NCBI GenBank assembly: GCA_028534125.1
Contig: CM052817.1
Location: 85,314,001 to 85,378,000 of the forward strand
Length of the DNA stretch: 64,000 bases
Origin: Lama glama
Lineage: Eukaryota
Direction of reading: 5' to 3'
The notes beneath the pieces are model-generated. The model ran no database searches and had not been told where the DNA came from. It saw only the letters and a program-made list of their open reading frames with translations. Position 1 is the first letter of the stretch. Each line of letters starts with the position of its first letter. The position numbers and the translations under genes were made by a program. Of the stretch, positions 37,468 through 50,965 are shown piece by piece.

Positions 37468-39194
37468 CCAGAATGTTCAGTGCCCACAACCGGAACAACA
37501 GCACACAATCATATTGTTAAGTTCTGATAATCTACTGCCCTTCTCCAAATTGTTCTGTCTTCTGCACAAGCCAAATAAGCAAGTGGATGGCCATATGGTG
37601 GTAATCAACACCCTTGCATGTGTCAAGCCCTAGCTGATGGCACAGATCTCTGATAACCATCTAGGGATGCAACATTACTTTTAGTTTACTATTTTGATAA
37701 ATAAAGGCTTTCACTTGGCCTTTCCTGCCATAACAGTCCTTATACCATGGGTCATCTGACTAATATAGGAATTCTTCCGTTTGTTAAATTTGTCTCTTTC
37801 AACTAAGGATCCTAAATTTTAGGAAATAAAACACACCAACCATGGACAATAATAATTACCCAGAAAATACAGATAATGTATACATTTTCTTTCCTTCTGT
37901 TCCTCCATTCTCTAAGCTACTTTAAACTATCAAAGGAAAGAATTTTATGTCCTGATTATTAAGAGGTATAACAATATTAATGAGTATGTTAAATATGCAA
38001 ACAAAACATATTGAATTTTACATAAGCTATTTGTCAGGCTCCTGACTTAAAATTTTTATCTGCTTATTGACACGATCTTACAAATGGCATGCTAGGAATT
38101 TACAGTGATACTATTTTTAACTGATATTTGAGCATCCCATAGAATTCAACTGTTTTTTTTTTATTTTGAGTTCTAAGCTGACCATAGACTTTAATTTTTG
38201 TTCTAAGATACTATTGTTAGTTAATTTAAAGTTCTTTCCTCATCATTGCTAACTGCTCTAGTCTGACATCCATTCTCCAAATGAGATGTGACTTTGATGG
38301 ATAAACTCAATTAAAGCTAAGGCATTAGATAAGTTAAGCAGAGAATTGGACTGATCTTTACCAATCTACCTTTAAAAATACATTAAGCATTTCAAAATGA
38401 AACAGTCATAAATTATACTGAAAATATATGTTAGTAAAATTGGATTGAAATTCAAATAGTTACTCTATGTAAATTTCTATTGCTTAGAAAGTAACATTCT
38501 TTTCCTCCCTTAGTATTGTCTCTTATAGAGATTTTTAGATATCTATATAAAATATATATTTTATATATCTAGATATTTTTATATATGTATATATTTTTGT
38601 ATATCTATTTGATAAATAAAATTAGGGAAATACCTGTTGTCTTTTACTTTCCTAAAAGTTTCTGCCTCTTTTATGATATTTTAGCTTGTTAAAATGTCTA
38701 GTTTTAAGACTAACAATATAGATTTTGTCATAATATGAGAACCATTACAAATAATTATATTTAATTCTCTTTAATACTTTTAAAATGACCTGGTGGATGA
38801 CTTGCCTATGAAAACCTCTAATACTACCATTGATGTCTCGCTCATATATTTAATCATTAACATAAAATCTGTACCTTCTCTATAATAGAAGAAACTGGGC
38901 TTGGTTATATAGGTAAATAAAACATGTAGAGAGAGAAATGTAAAGAAATAATTTGGTTCTATGTGATAAATCCTTTACTAGACATATATACAAGATGCAT
39001 AAGAAATACGAAGACAAAAGCATCTAACATATAAGGAAATTGAGGAAATCACTAAACTACACAATTTTCAATTTAGAAGAACCTTTAGTATTAACATTTA
39101 ATTATATTTTGAGGTAGAAATAATGAAGAGGATTTGATTTTTTCCCCAGCACCAATACAACCAAGGAGACAATCTCTGTAGTAATTAAGAATTT

Positions 39195-39375
39195 ATATTT
39201 GAGAATCTGACAAACCTGGATTCAAATCTAGGAATTGTATATTGGGATTACTATACATGTGAGCTTTGGATTCAGTTTCTTTATCTGCCAAATGGGGGCA
39301 AGAATAATTAACTACCTTATAGAGTTCTGTTGTAACCATTAAATGAGTTAAGACATTTAACAGAGGACCTATCAC
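39195..39375 (+). mobile_element. MIR SINE relic
   Basis: 'gacaaacctggattcaaatct...tcagtttctttatctgccaaatgggg...taccttatagagttctgttgtaaccattaaatgagttaa'. Confidence 0.8.
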
Positions 39376-39599
39376 ACTACTTATAGGGCTGTCAGAATTA
39401 TATAAGTTAATAATTGTCAGGCACTTAAAATAATGTCTTATGAGGGTCTATATAAACTGAAGCTGTTCCTAGTATTTTCCTTACTGTAAGTATTGAGATT
39501 ATACTTTTCAATACTATAATCTATATGTTTTATTTCCATTCATTGGCTTAGAGAAGCGTATTAGGACAGAAAATGTTTTAAAATCTTTTTGAACTTAAA

Positions 39600-40535
39600 A
39601 TGTCTGGATATTCACCCAGAGCCTGGAGCACTTTGTAGTGCTAGAAAGTAAGAACGTGCTAAAAAAGGAAAATGTAACAAAATTTTAAAAAATCCCACAG
39701 TGATGGGTGTATGTCAGAGGGACACGGGAACCAACTGAGAGTCCTCCCAGTGTCCAAAGCTGGAATGATCTGAGCGACAAAATGAGTGATACAGTAATCT
39801 ATTACATCCAAAACTAGTAAATATCTGAGTTCATACTAATATAAATAAATGGTTGAATAAGTGAGTAAATGGAGTGAATAGGTAAATATATGAAAAAAAA
39901 TTTATATAGAAGCTCTGACCTCAAGGAGAGTGAGCATAATTCCCTACTCCTCAAATGAGAGCTGGGCATAGTGACTTCCTTCCAAAGATTGCAATATGGC
40001 GAGAAAGAGGAAAAAGAAACCTTTCAATGAAGAAACCTAAAAAATACTACACTCCCAGCTGAGCAAGATGAGCATGCACAGCGATAAGCCTCGTGATAGT
40101 GTGTACCCTTGATATGACGTGATGTGGATGACATTTTACCTCTGTATTCTCCCCCCAAACCCATAACCCTAGCTTAATCATGAGAAAAAAACAAATCAGA
40201 CAACTTCCAGTTGAGGGGCATTCTACAGAATACCTGCCCAGTACGCCTTACAACAGAAAAGCTCAGCAAAACAAGGAAAATCTAAAGCAATCACAACCAA
40301 GTGAAGCCTTAGGAAATGTGAGGATTAAATACAGTGTACTTTCTTGGATGGAATTCTGGACTAGAAAAAAAATAGTTTTGGTAAAAACTAAAGAAACTGG
40401 AATAAATTATGGTGTTTAGTTGGTATGTAAGTATTGGTTTTTTATTTGTGTATGTGAAGTATGTAGGAATTCTTATACTATGTTCACAACTTTTTAGTAA
40501 ATCTGAAACTCTTCTAAAATAAGGAATTTTTTTAA
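39600..40535 (+). mobile_element. LINE-1 3'UTR (L1MC3/L1MC4-like)
   Basis: 'gcatagtgacttccttccaaaga', 'ccccccaaacccataaccctagcttaatcatgagaaaa', 'aggggcattctacagaatacctg', ending 'gtaaatctgaaactcttctaaaata'. Confidence 0.85.
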
Positions 40536-40899
40536 AACAAAACTGTAATTTTTTACCTTTAAGCCTAGGCCTAGAGATAACTCAGGGCATAAACAGTAAG
40601 TTTGAAAGATCTTTGGTCAAATGTCAAGCTTCCTACTATTTAAACTAGATACTTTTTTTTTTTCCAAACTAGGTGAGAAAAGAAATTATAGAAGAGAGGC
40701 GAGACCTTTAAAGTTCTGGGTTACTTAGCTAACTGAGCGCTATTGGCAAATCCACATTTCTTTCTATTCCATGCATATGATTTTCCAGCTAAATGGTACT
40801 AGAAAAAACATACAGTAATGCTGGTAGATTAAAATTGTAACCAATAGTCTTAGCTGGCTCCTTAATGCTACGTGGAAATTGTATTCTATTCCTCAAGCC

Positions 40900-42660
40900 A
40901 ATAATTTTCCTCTCCCCGTGACTATTTCTCGCCTTCTCCTTTCTCCCCACATCTTCATATCTTCCCCATCCTTTTTATTTTTCACTGATGACCTTGTTCC
41001 TGGTTTTACTGAAAAATTTAAAGTTATTAGAAGAGAACTTCCACAGATTCCACAGTAAATCTCCCCACCTAACTGCATAAATTTTTATATAAATTTGCCT
41101 TTTCTTCTGTTGTTATCAATGACATATCTGCCATTCAATTTTTGTCATATCCCTTTTTGTTCCACCTACAGAGACATATGACTCAAGTCAAGTCAAAATC
41201 TCTCCTTTCTTTCCTCTTTTTCTGCCTCATTGATGTTCGTTTGTTTACTGTTAGAACTTCATATATATACCAGTGTGCTTTCATCTTGGGGGAGAATTAA
41301 AATCAATCCTGCTTTCCTTTTCAGATATTGCATCACTTTTTCCCTTGCTTTTGTAGAAGAATCCTTTAAAAGTGTTGCTGTACTGCGTGTCTCAATTTTC
41401 TGTCTTCTCATTTTCACAGGAACCCATACCAGGCAAACTGTCATAGCCATGACTCAAGGGAAACTTCTTTTGTCAAGGTCACCTGTGGTTATTTCTCCCT
41501 GTTTATTTTATGTGACTGAGCAGCAGCACTAAATGGTTGATTATCTCCATTTTCCTTGTATACTTTCTTCACTCCTAAGATACCTCAGTCTCTTCCCTTT
41601 CCACTTAGTTAATAGCTCCCTCTCAGTCCATTGTTCTGTTTCTTCCTCATATCCCAGACCTCTTAACTTTATATTGCTTCAGTGTCTAAGCCAGTGTATC
41701 CCTGTGATTTTATTTTACAGTAAATCCTTGCATGATGTCTTCAAATCTCATGGCTTTACACCCTGTAAGTTCTTTATGTGCTAATAACTCCTAAATGTAT
41801 ATCTGTCTCCAGACTTCTCTGGTTTCTGGTCTCATATACCCAATGGCTGACTCAAATTCTTCACTGGGATGATGAATAGAGGTATTAAACTTAACTTTAC
41901 CCCAAACTGAGCTCTCATTTTTCATAAAAACTTCCTCTCACAAGTTTTACCAATTTCTGTTACTGGTCACTGGATTCTTCTAGTTATTTAGGCTTTGGTT
42001 CTGAGACTCTTACTTGACTCTGCTCTGTCTCTTATACATGACATCGGATTCTCTTCACCATAAGTTTAAAAAATACCCAGACTGAGAAACCTTCTTACCA
42101 TCTCCACCTACACCACCCTAAAGCCACAATTCTCTCTCACCTGAAGTTTTGCAGTATCTTTCTATTTGTTCCCTTACCAATCTTTTGTCCACACACAATT
42201 TGTCATTCTTGATTCTGTACTGATGTAGCTTAATTATGTTACTACTCTGCCAAAAATCCTTCAGTGGCTTCAAATCTGGTCTCATTGTCTGCAACAATTA
42301 AATCTACATGATCTTGCTCACACACCTCGTCAGATATTTCCTTTCCTTTGGCAGCAACTTCTTCATAAAGACTTCAATGTAGACTCTTTAAAATTGTCAG
42401 CTCTTCATCACTATATCCTATCTCTATGCCAGTGTGTTCCCTGCCCCCTTGGTACTCATCACCATTTATTAGTCTATATAATTTACTAATGTATAAATTT
42501 TCTCTCTCTTCTGCCACCACTTCCCGCCCCAAACTAGAATGCAAAATTTAGGAACTTAGGGATTTACTTTGTTTGATTGGTGTTGGTTCCTTATAAGTAC
42601 CTAGCACCATAAATAGTATCTGGTTATAGTAGTCACATGAAAATATTTATTGAATATTAA
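40900..42660 (+). mobile_element. L2 LINE (ORF2 3' part and 3' end)
   Basis: Pyrimidine-rich L2 motifs: 'actgatgaccttgttcctggttttactgaaaaa', 'aaacttcttttgtcaaggtcacc', 'tatgtgctaataactcc' (RT YADD-derived), 'aaatccttcagtggctt', 3' end 'aagtacctagcacc...aaatatttattgaat'. Confidence 0.85.
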
Positions 42661-44114
42661 GTGACGGGTATGTGTTTCTTCTTCCTCTTACATGTGGAAA
42701 AGGCACCTTAGATTGGACTTATGCTCACATTCAGTTCATTACTTGTTTGTTTATATAAAGTTAATTCTTGACATTAATTTCTCCATGTTCAGACACCCCT
42801 TTTGGTTTTAGAGTGCTTTTTGGCAGATCTGAACTAATTTTGCTTATGATGCAGATTTTCTCAAACTTTGGCCATATTTTCTTGGAATTTGACAGAGTTG
42901 CAAGCTATAGGCTGTATCAAATTAGAATTTAAGAAATCTAGTTGAAAAGTTTTTCGTTGTTTAGTATTCTTGAATTTGTGGAAATTGGGGTATTACAAGA
43001 TGTAAAACTGATTAAATTCTTCTCAGTTTCTAAAGGCAATTGCCTTTTAAGGAAAATACAATAAAAAAAAGTTATAAAGTCTTTTGCTCAAGGGAGAGTT
43101 ATTAGAATATATTAAAAATCACCCAAGGTTTCTAAACTGAATAAGTTAGTTTATGTCTTTTCATAAACAAAACCAAGTTGTGACAATAAACAAATGATAC
43201 TTTTAAATTTGAAGTAGTAGGTCATATTATCTCTAATAATTTTTCACAGATGGCTTATGACAGGGTAAAATAAGAAAATTACTTACTGAATGATTATCAA
43301 ATGGCTGCAAAATTACTCTCTCCATATCTACTGTGTCAGCTTTGGGGAGTCATATGTATTTTATAATACTTATTCAATTATAAAATAATTATGAAATAAT
43401 ACTATATTTTTATTCCTTTGATTGGAAATTAATTTTAAACACATGAACAATTCAAAGGTAAATGAGTAGAATGGTAGTTACATAGGAGCAGCCTGACAAA
43501 CTCCCATTTACAGAGGCAAAAAGAAATCATAGTTGAATACACAGTAATTCCTCCTTTGAAAGAGAACTTACTGTTCTCAGTTATTATGTTACAGGGACTT
43601 TGTCAAGTTGTCTTATTTTTTAGATGACAAGAGTTATTGGCAAAAGTGTTTAGATATCAGTTTTGTATTATTGAGCTTTGTAATATATTTTGGTTTTATG
43701 TGCTCATGACTTTTTCTGAATTTACATTTAACCTTCTTCTTACTCTTCAGTTGACATAAAAGTAATTCAGAGAAATGTGTTTTAAAGAGTGGCTTCTTAT
43801 TCTTTAACATTTTGACAGATTTTCCATTATATTAATGTCAGAAAAGAAATCTCTGATTAGTGTGCTTTGAACATTTTTAGACATGGTAACAGTGAAAGAA
43901 AGAAATGCAAGGAGACTATGATATGTAGTCATCTGGTAATCAAATATAAACTGCTGCTTAATTTCCTTTTAAAACTTTCTTTAGATCTTAATTTCAACTC
44001 AAATTTGAAAAATAATACATTGAACTAAAGTAGTATGGCATTGTTTATAAAACTTTTTGGATCTCCTAAATATATAATATTTTCCTTTTAGATTCCTGAT
44101 ATTTCTTATAATCT

Positions 44115-44245
44115 CTATTAGATTGTAAGCACTTTGAGGCCATGGTGTTTTGTTTTATATTTTGCCATTGATTCCATATTTAGAACTTAGATTCCTTGAT
44201 AAATATTTGAAATCATTAAATAGTTTTTGAATGCATGAATAAATG
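44115..44245 (+). mobile_element. L2 3' end relic
   Basis: 'ctattagattgtaagcactttgaggcca...gataaatatttga...tgaatgcatgaataaatgaa'. Confidence 0.65.
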
Positions 44246-44999
44246 AAAGCTAATTTATAGCCCCAATTAACAGTATTTTTTCAATGATGTAAGTAATTAC
44301 ATTGATTAATCAATTCTACATAATGGATGCATTTATATGTCTTCTGTTTAAGACTACATTTAATAAAGTAGTATTCTATTTTGTAAGGCATTTATATATG
44401 TAGAAATGTTTTTACACATTGGTCAAGTGCCAATATCAATGTCAGCAAGTACTTATCAAGCATTTACAATGTGTCCAGTACAGAGCTTATTAGTTCTTTG
44501 TGATGTTTGTCTGACAATCCCACGGGAGAAGAAGCAAAAAACTCAATATTTTTCTAAGTAGAACGATGCATTGTCTAAATAATGATTTTTCTCTACTCTA
44601 AACCTGCTTTTCCTTTATTCAACAACATTATTGATTGTCTATCGTGTGTTAGGTACTGTGTTGAAGGATATTTTATTTTATCTATTCTTTCTTGTAATTT
44701 TTTTTCCAGGAACACTTCTAGCACACTAAACAAATGAAAAAACAAGATTACTGTGTAAAGCAACTTTTCCATTTTTTTGCATTGGATTTTATTTATTGGA
44801 CTAATAATTAGTAAACAACCATGACTATATGTCAGACATTATTTTAACAGAGATATATCAGTAAACAAAAAAGATAAAGACTCTGCTGTGGGAATATATT
44901 TCATCGTAATGGGAAATATAGACATTAAGCAATAAACAAAATAAATGGACACATTATAAATAACTTCAGAAGAATAAATATTTTAGAGAAAATTAAAAG

Positions 45000-45775
45000 T
45001 CAGAACTTTTGCTCCTCCTAATGGAAAATTGGATATTAAAGAACCCCTTCCACTGAGAACACTAGAATATTTGGACAACGTATTTGTTTAAAAATAGGCT
45101 TGAAGACATGTGAAAACTAAACAGAGCAATGAAAAATTATGAGGTTAAAATCTGAGAGGGAAAGAAAATACAAAATAGGAGCTCAATATTTGGTTCCACT
45201 CTTTTCCTGAAAGTATTTAGAGAAGATAGCCAGCAAGCTGGAAAGCTTAGCAAATCTTTAGTCATCCTTAATAAAACAGGAGAATTGGAATTGGAATTCG
45301 GACCTTCCTAGGAGTGGAAGCTGTCTTAAAACTCCAAAGCTGTTATCCTTAAGAGTTAGAGTATGAGGCCAAGCCTAGGTTCAAATATATATATTTGGTG
45401 AAAGGTGATCCTGAATTGCTAACATATCGGGAACTTTGACAACTGCAAAAATTTTTGTCTGAAGAAAGATAAACTGATCATCAAATGTCTCAAAATTCCT
45501 TCTAAATTATTTTATATTTAATTTCTGTCTTTCAGAGTAAAATGATCAGGCATACCAGGTCGTAAGTCAACATGATAGAAGAACTAAGAGAAGATAAAAA
45601 CTGTTTCAAAGACAGTCCAGATAATGGCCTTATAGAACACAGACTCTACAATGACTGTGCTAAATGTATTCTTTAAAAGTCGTGATTGAACATTTGCCAG
45701 TCTTAAAGACTAAAAATACTAAAGTTTTATAACTGTAGCACCCCATATCTAATACTAATAACTGAAGGATAGGTT
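45000..45775 (+). mobile_element. Ancient L1 (L1ME-like) 5' region relic
   Basis: A-biased sequence with motifs resembling old L1 5' ends. Heavily decayed. Confidence 0.4.
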
Positions 45776-45782
45776 TTATAGT

Positions 45783-45998
45783 TGTCTTAATCCGTTCAGA
45801 TTGCTGTAACAAACTACCACAGACTGAGTAGCTCCAACAACAAACATTTTTTTCTTACAGTTCTGGAGACTGGGAAGGCTAAATAAAGATGCTGTCAGAT
45901 TCAGTATCTGGTGAGGACTCACTTTCTGGTTCATAAACAGCTGCCTTCTCCCTGTGTCCTCACATGACGGAAGGGGCGAGAAAGCTCTCTGGTGCTCC
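45783..45998 (-). mobile_element. MLT1A-type MaLR LTR, partial
   Basis: 'tgtcttaatccgttcagattgctgtaacaaactaccacagactg...ttacagttctggagactgggaag...tgtgtcctcacatg'. Confidence 0.88.
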
Positions 45999-47746
45999 AC
46001 ACACACACACACACACATTTTTTTAATTGAAGTCTAACCAGTTTACAGTGTTTCTCCAGTTCCTACTGGAATATGTTTTAGGCAATTGATACACATTTTG
46101 AACTCTCTAACTGTTTTCTTGATGTTCCAATATTTTAATTGTGTTCCTGGACATTTGGCACCAACCTTCTTGGCAGTTTTCTCCTGTGTCCCTTTTTCTG
46201 ATTCCTTTATCTGTCATTATAATCCTACTTACTTTCAGTTTTCCAGAAACCATTGATACCTCAGGCCCACTAATGGATTGCTCTCTTCATATTAGCATGG
46301 TTAAAGTTTTTTTTTTCAAAGCAGAATAGGAGAATTGACCTGTTATTCATAGACTGCATTTTATTTACATAAATACTGTATCTATGTAATGCTAGACTGT
46401 ACTACACAAACAGATAAAAATACTTTTAAATTATGTCCATAGAATCAAAAAACAAAATTGAATAAATGAGAAACTATTGAAATAAGAGCACTGGGACATT
46501 TTGGGGTCATTTTCATAATAGTGTAATATAGCTGAGGCATTAATTTAGCAATTCTAGCAAAATAGAGGTAATTCAGGAGTTATGACAAGGCATTATTTCT
46601 TGTTGAAATTCTTATAATGTCAGTATCTTTAGGAAATGAACCTAAACTGTGGTTGTAAAATGAAGCAGTTATATGGTGGTTGGATGTCTTCAAATGTAGA
46701 CTGATAAATTAGCAGCCTGTTCCTGCTCAGCTTCAGGGATATCTTCAGAGCAAGTGTTTTTGTGTTCTCATGGGTTCGGTGGGATAAGTGAATAAAATTA
46801 CTCACTATTAATGACATACATTTTATTTGTGCATGTGGGTGAAGATTTGTGCATGCATATATGTATATGTGTAAGTGTAGGAGCTGAGTTTGAGAGTTGA
46901 GAATTTCTTTAATTTAGGGGAAGAAACTCCAATAATTAAGTAGTGAAGTAACTTCTCTCACTTCTTTATCCAAGAATGTGAAATACTTAAGTACTTAATT
47001 TTTAAATTTCTGATTGATATTAACTAATTGTTTGATGAATGTGCCCACTCATCCACTTTGATTTTATATAGCTGAGAAATTGGTGTGAAAACAGGAAATA
47101 AGGATCACTTCTTTCTTTTCAGAAAACATTTTCCCACTGTATGCTTAGTCAATAGACTTACTGAAATAACAGTGAAGTTCAGTTCACTCTTTGGGAAACT
47201 CTGAGTCTACCCATGTTTACATTTCTTATACTTCATCATAGCCTGGGAAGGCAGCCTAACCCTTTCTTTCCTTGTTATAAAATTAAATAAGCAGAGAGAA
47301 GAAAAGTTTGGTCAGGATTCTGGGAGCCCCATGTAACAGCCTTGTTCCCTACAAGATTCCTTGTATACCATCTCAAGACGAAAAACAAAACAAAATAAAA
47401 CAAATGCTAAAATTAACACTATAATCTCTGTAAGAGATAATCAAGAACAAGCCTTCATAGACTTACATGACTATCTGATAAGAATAAAATTTTCGTCAAG
47501 TAAAGGGGATTAACATAAAATGAAAGGAAAAAACACTGAAAGCAAAATATGCATAGAAAAATTTAACAGAAGAAGAAACACCAAGGACTATATTTTGCTT
47601 TGTTTTCCTGTTACAAAACATACCGTGATGGGAAAACTAAACTTTTCAAATGTCGATCGTCAACTGAATATTGGACATTGTGAAAACACCCTTCAAATAT
47701 TTTAAAATTCAGCCCGAATTAATAACACAAGCTGATAAAATACATT

Positions 47747-47800
47747 TGTGTATGTGTGTGTGTGTGTGTGTGTGTGTATGTATATATATGTATATATATG
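47747..47800. repeat. (TG)n/(TA)n microsatellite
   Basis: Read directly. Confidence 0.93.
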
Positions 47801-48604
47801 TACTCATATATGACACACATACATATAGGCGCGTACAAAGGTGTCATTTCTTATTTTAACAAGTCAAAGTGTTTGTAGTTTATACAGGGTATTTTATTTG
47901 TCAGTGAAATTAATCAAATCAATTACAGTTAAGCCTACTAAAATGCTTTATAATTTTTACTGTATTTATTTCTGTGAATAGTAATGTAGAACTTACTTCT
48001 TTCACAATTAGAAATAAAAAGCATTGTGTTCTAATGTGTTCAATTGACTCATTAACTGTGCTCTTTTATAAATGGTTGCTTTTGTAATTATAGGACTAGA
48101 GACAATAAATTAGTCCCTAAGAAATGACAGAACAAAACAGATATAGTAGATGTAATAGATATAATTTATGCATTAGCAAAGAAAACATTAAAACCATTCT
48201 CATGCAGCCTTTAAGACACATCAGTCCCAGTTGGGTCACTCTTTATTATTTGTGTGTGTGTGAGATAGATTGGTTGATACAATTAATAATTTCTACTCTA
48301 ATATTAAGTGTCTAATTTCTTCTTAGAAAGCTTTTCCTACCAGAATAACAAGTGCAACTAATGGATGGAGGTGTGTATTGTTACTATTGAGTAAATAAAT
48401 TGCATGAACTAGTATGCTTATATGTAGTTCTTACAAAGGTGAACTACCATGCAACACAGTATTGGCATGCTGTCGCGTTAAACCCCACCCTATCAAAAAG
48501 TCTTTAAAATTAACTTTAATTTTTTCTAATTTCTCAAAGTGACAGAGAGGAATTATTCTTCTAATACCACACAATTTTTTTTTCTAAGATCTTCTCTTTC
48601 TTGG

Positions 48605-48970
48605 TTTCTTGGTTAAAAGTGTGAATTCTGGAGTCATGTGGCTAGATTTGCTTATTGTGGTGATATTTTGCAGTATATATTAATATCAAATCATTATGTT
48701 GTATACCTGAAGCTAATAAAGTGCTATATGTCAGTTACATCTAAACAATTCTAAATTTGAGTCCTAATTTCTCCACCAAGAATTCTGTATTCCACCAAGG
48801 TAAGTTGTTGTGACCTTGGGCACTTTATGTAACTTCTTTATGCATCCAATTTGTTATGTAAAAAATACGAATAAATGTACCTATATTTTAGGATTATTCT
48901 AAAAATTAAATGACTTCCAGCATTGAAAGTACTTAGAACCAAGGCTAATAAACTCTATAAATATTTTTCA
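48605..48970 (+). mobile_element. MIR relic split by a short L1 insertion
   Basis: 'ggttaaaagtgtgaattctggagtca' ... 'tgtgaccttgggcac...aaattaaatga...aaagtacttagaac'. Confidence 0.7.
48651..48750 (+). mobile_element. ~100-bp L1 3' end (L1MA9/L1MB-like)
   Basis: 'ttattgtggtgatattttgcagtatat...atcaaatcattatgttgtatacctgaagctaata'. TSD ctagatttg (48642-48650) / ctaaatttg (48751-48759). Confidence 0.8.
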
Positions 48971-50545
48971 CTAATACTATTTCACATGCTGCTGTCAGTC
49001 CAATATGAACTCAGACTTTTCTCTCTTTCCTTATTCCTATTTTTCCAGTTTTGAAACTATATTTTTTCCTTTTCTGTAAATCCTTGTCCTCTCTCTTTCG
49101 TTCTTTGTCTCTCATTGAGCTTGCCAGGCAACTTCCCAACTCTCCAACTTAGATTCTGCCACCTAAAGTGTCAGGAACTATCAGGCAAGGACTGAATTTT
49201 TCTTAACTGGCAGCTTGAGAGGCCAAGGCTATGTATAATTGTAACTAAAGGACTCAAAATTATAGAAAAAAGAAGGCCAATTTTCATTTTAGTAAATTAT
49301 TCATATGTTAAAAGTATTCCACAACCTTGAGAATTGCATCAGGCTGAAGGACAGCCCTTCTTCTTAATCACTTTGCTTCACTGTGAATTTTTTCAAAGTT
49401 CGCATAAAATCTAGATGTACAATTCATTCAATTTAATGTTCTTAGAATGTGGATTAATTAAGGTACTTTCCATTTTCTTAATAACAGGAGACATGAAAGA
49501 AATGTTTTTGAAATATGGGAAAATCCAATTTTAAAACATACAATTTTATAAACAATTAAAATACCTTATTATTAACACATCAGGCTTATTTTTTTAAAAG
49601 ATAATGATTATAAAGATTAATGTATTGGGTTAAAGGATTACAATAAAATGTGAAATGCATTACCATTTGAAGTGTGCTTATCTTTTCTCCAAATCCTTAT
49701 ACTACAACTATCCGAAGGTCTTCAAAATACATCATCACAGTAAAAGATGCATTCATAATTTAAATTAACATAATCAGAACTTGAATTGGCAAATATTTAA
49801 TTTTGCTTTTAAGAAACTTTAATTATTAACTTTAACAGAGTTATAAAACTGTGGACTAGTATTCTATTGCAGGAAATAATCAGGTAATTGGCTCCTAGTT
49901 GAATAAAAAGTAAGTTACAAAGTCTTTAGTTTTCCCAATAAAATATATTGTGTTGTAGAAGGGTTGTAATTTCGGTAAAAGTATAAAAACCTAGAAGTAA
50001 AAGAAAATGGTCTGTAATATTGACTTCGCCAAATTTAAAAGTATAACCTGAGCCTTCTGTGTCTCAATTTCATTGTTTGGAAAATGAAGGATCTGGTCTA
50101 GTGATTCTGAAACTTTCCATTCTCTTAGAAATAAGTAAGTTCTATTACAAGCTCAATTACCTCATTATCTTTGATAGTCCAAAGAAAGTGTGATTAGCAA
50201 ATGTGTTAAAGGTTTTGAGTTGATTTTAGATTGGGTCTTTGATTAATTTCTCAATTTAGCATTGTATCTAGGACAAAGCAGAATATAGAAAGACTTGTGA
50301 AGTAGGCATGAGGAATGGGAAAACTTTGAGTTTTGCTTTTAAATATACTTACAGATTGTGTTAAGTGTTGAGGATCCAAAAATAAAGAAGAAATAGTTTT
50401 TCCTTAGGAGGACTTAAAGACTAATAGCCTCTGTTTCATCAGTCCTTGCTATGGCTGCTTCATCATAATGGTTTAAACTAGGAATATCTGTCACCCAAGA
50501 CAGATATTCTCATTAGTTCAGAGGCTGAAACAATTTATTAAAAAT

Positions 50546-50965
50546 TATGGAAGAAAAATAAAAATGAAGTTGATATTGCTAAGAGAGCTCTCTGAAACGG
50601 AGCTGAGAGGCCACAGAGAAAGTGGGACTTAAACATTTATCAGCCTAGATGGAATTTGACCCTTTGACCACTTATCGTCTAACCTCAGGCACCCAGAACA
50701 CCTGCCCAGTGTTCTAGAAACTCAAATTACTTATTATAACCTTACTCTAAAATAATTTGTGACTGCCAATCCCTTAAGGACAAATATTTCCTTTCTTGCA
50801 ATCGTAATTCTTGCCAACTTTAAGAACCCTGTGAATTTGCTTTTATAAGCCCCTGATCTTTTCCCCAAAACGCTTCTTCAGTTTTACTTGAATTTGTATC
50901 TCCCAAATGGCAGTTCCTAAGACCCCCAGTTTTTTTGCAGCCTTGATACTGATTATTGTTTGACA
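50546..50965 (+). mobile_element. Solo LTR, ERV1-like (MER34/MER39-type)
   Basis: TATA 'gcttttataagccc', 'ttgaatttgtatctcccaaatggcagttcctaagacccc', ends 'tttgaca'. 4-bp TSD aaat (50542-50545 / 50966-50969), assuming the 5' TG decayed to TA. Confidence 0.7.

Larger units (their letters stand above)
34094..37780 (-). mobile_element. ERV-L internal region (pol + dUTPase fossil)
   Basis: Minus-strand order RT, RNase H, IN, dUTPase. RT motifs: WYTALDLVKPFSSI (~37405-37365), QQYIFTVLLQGHLNSPPPCHNL (~37312-37247), LSLPQDITLLCYLDL. RNase H-like region ~36190-36330. IN: FLIGIDNFCGYEFVFPA (~35631-35581). dUTPase: PLNWKLRL...NQQARK...GIDPIYQGKIG (~35095-34958). Confidence 0.92.

Noticed and set aside
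37160..37520. ORFs containing VCVCVC or HTHTHT runs
   Set aside because: These are translations of the microsatellite fused to broken ERV-L RT frames.
38544..38567. Perfect 24-bp palindrome tatataaaatatatattttatata
   Set aside because: It is real but embedded in (TA)-rich low-complexity sequence, where such palindromes are common.
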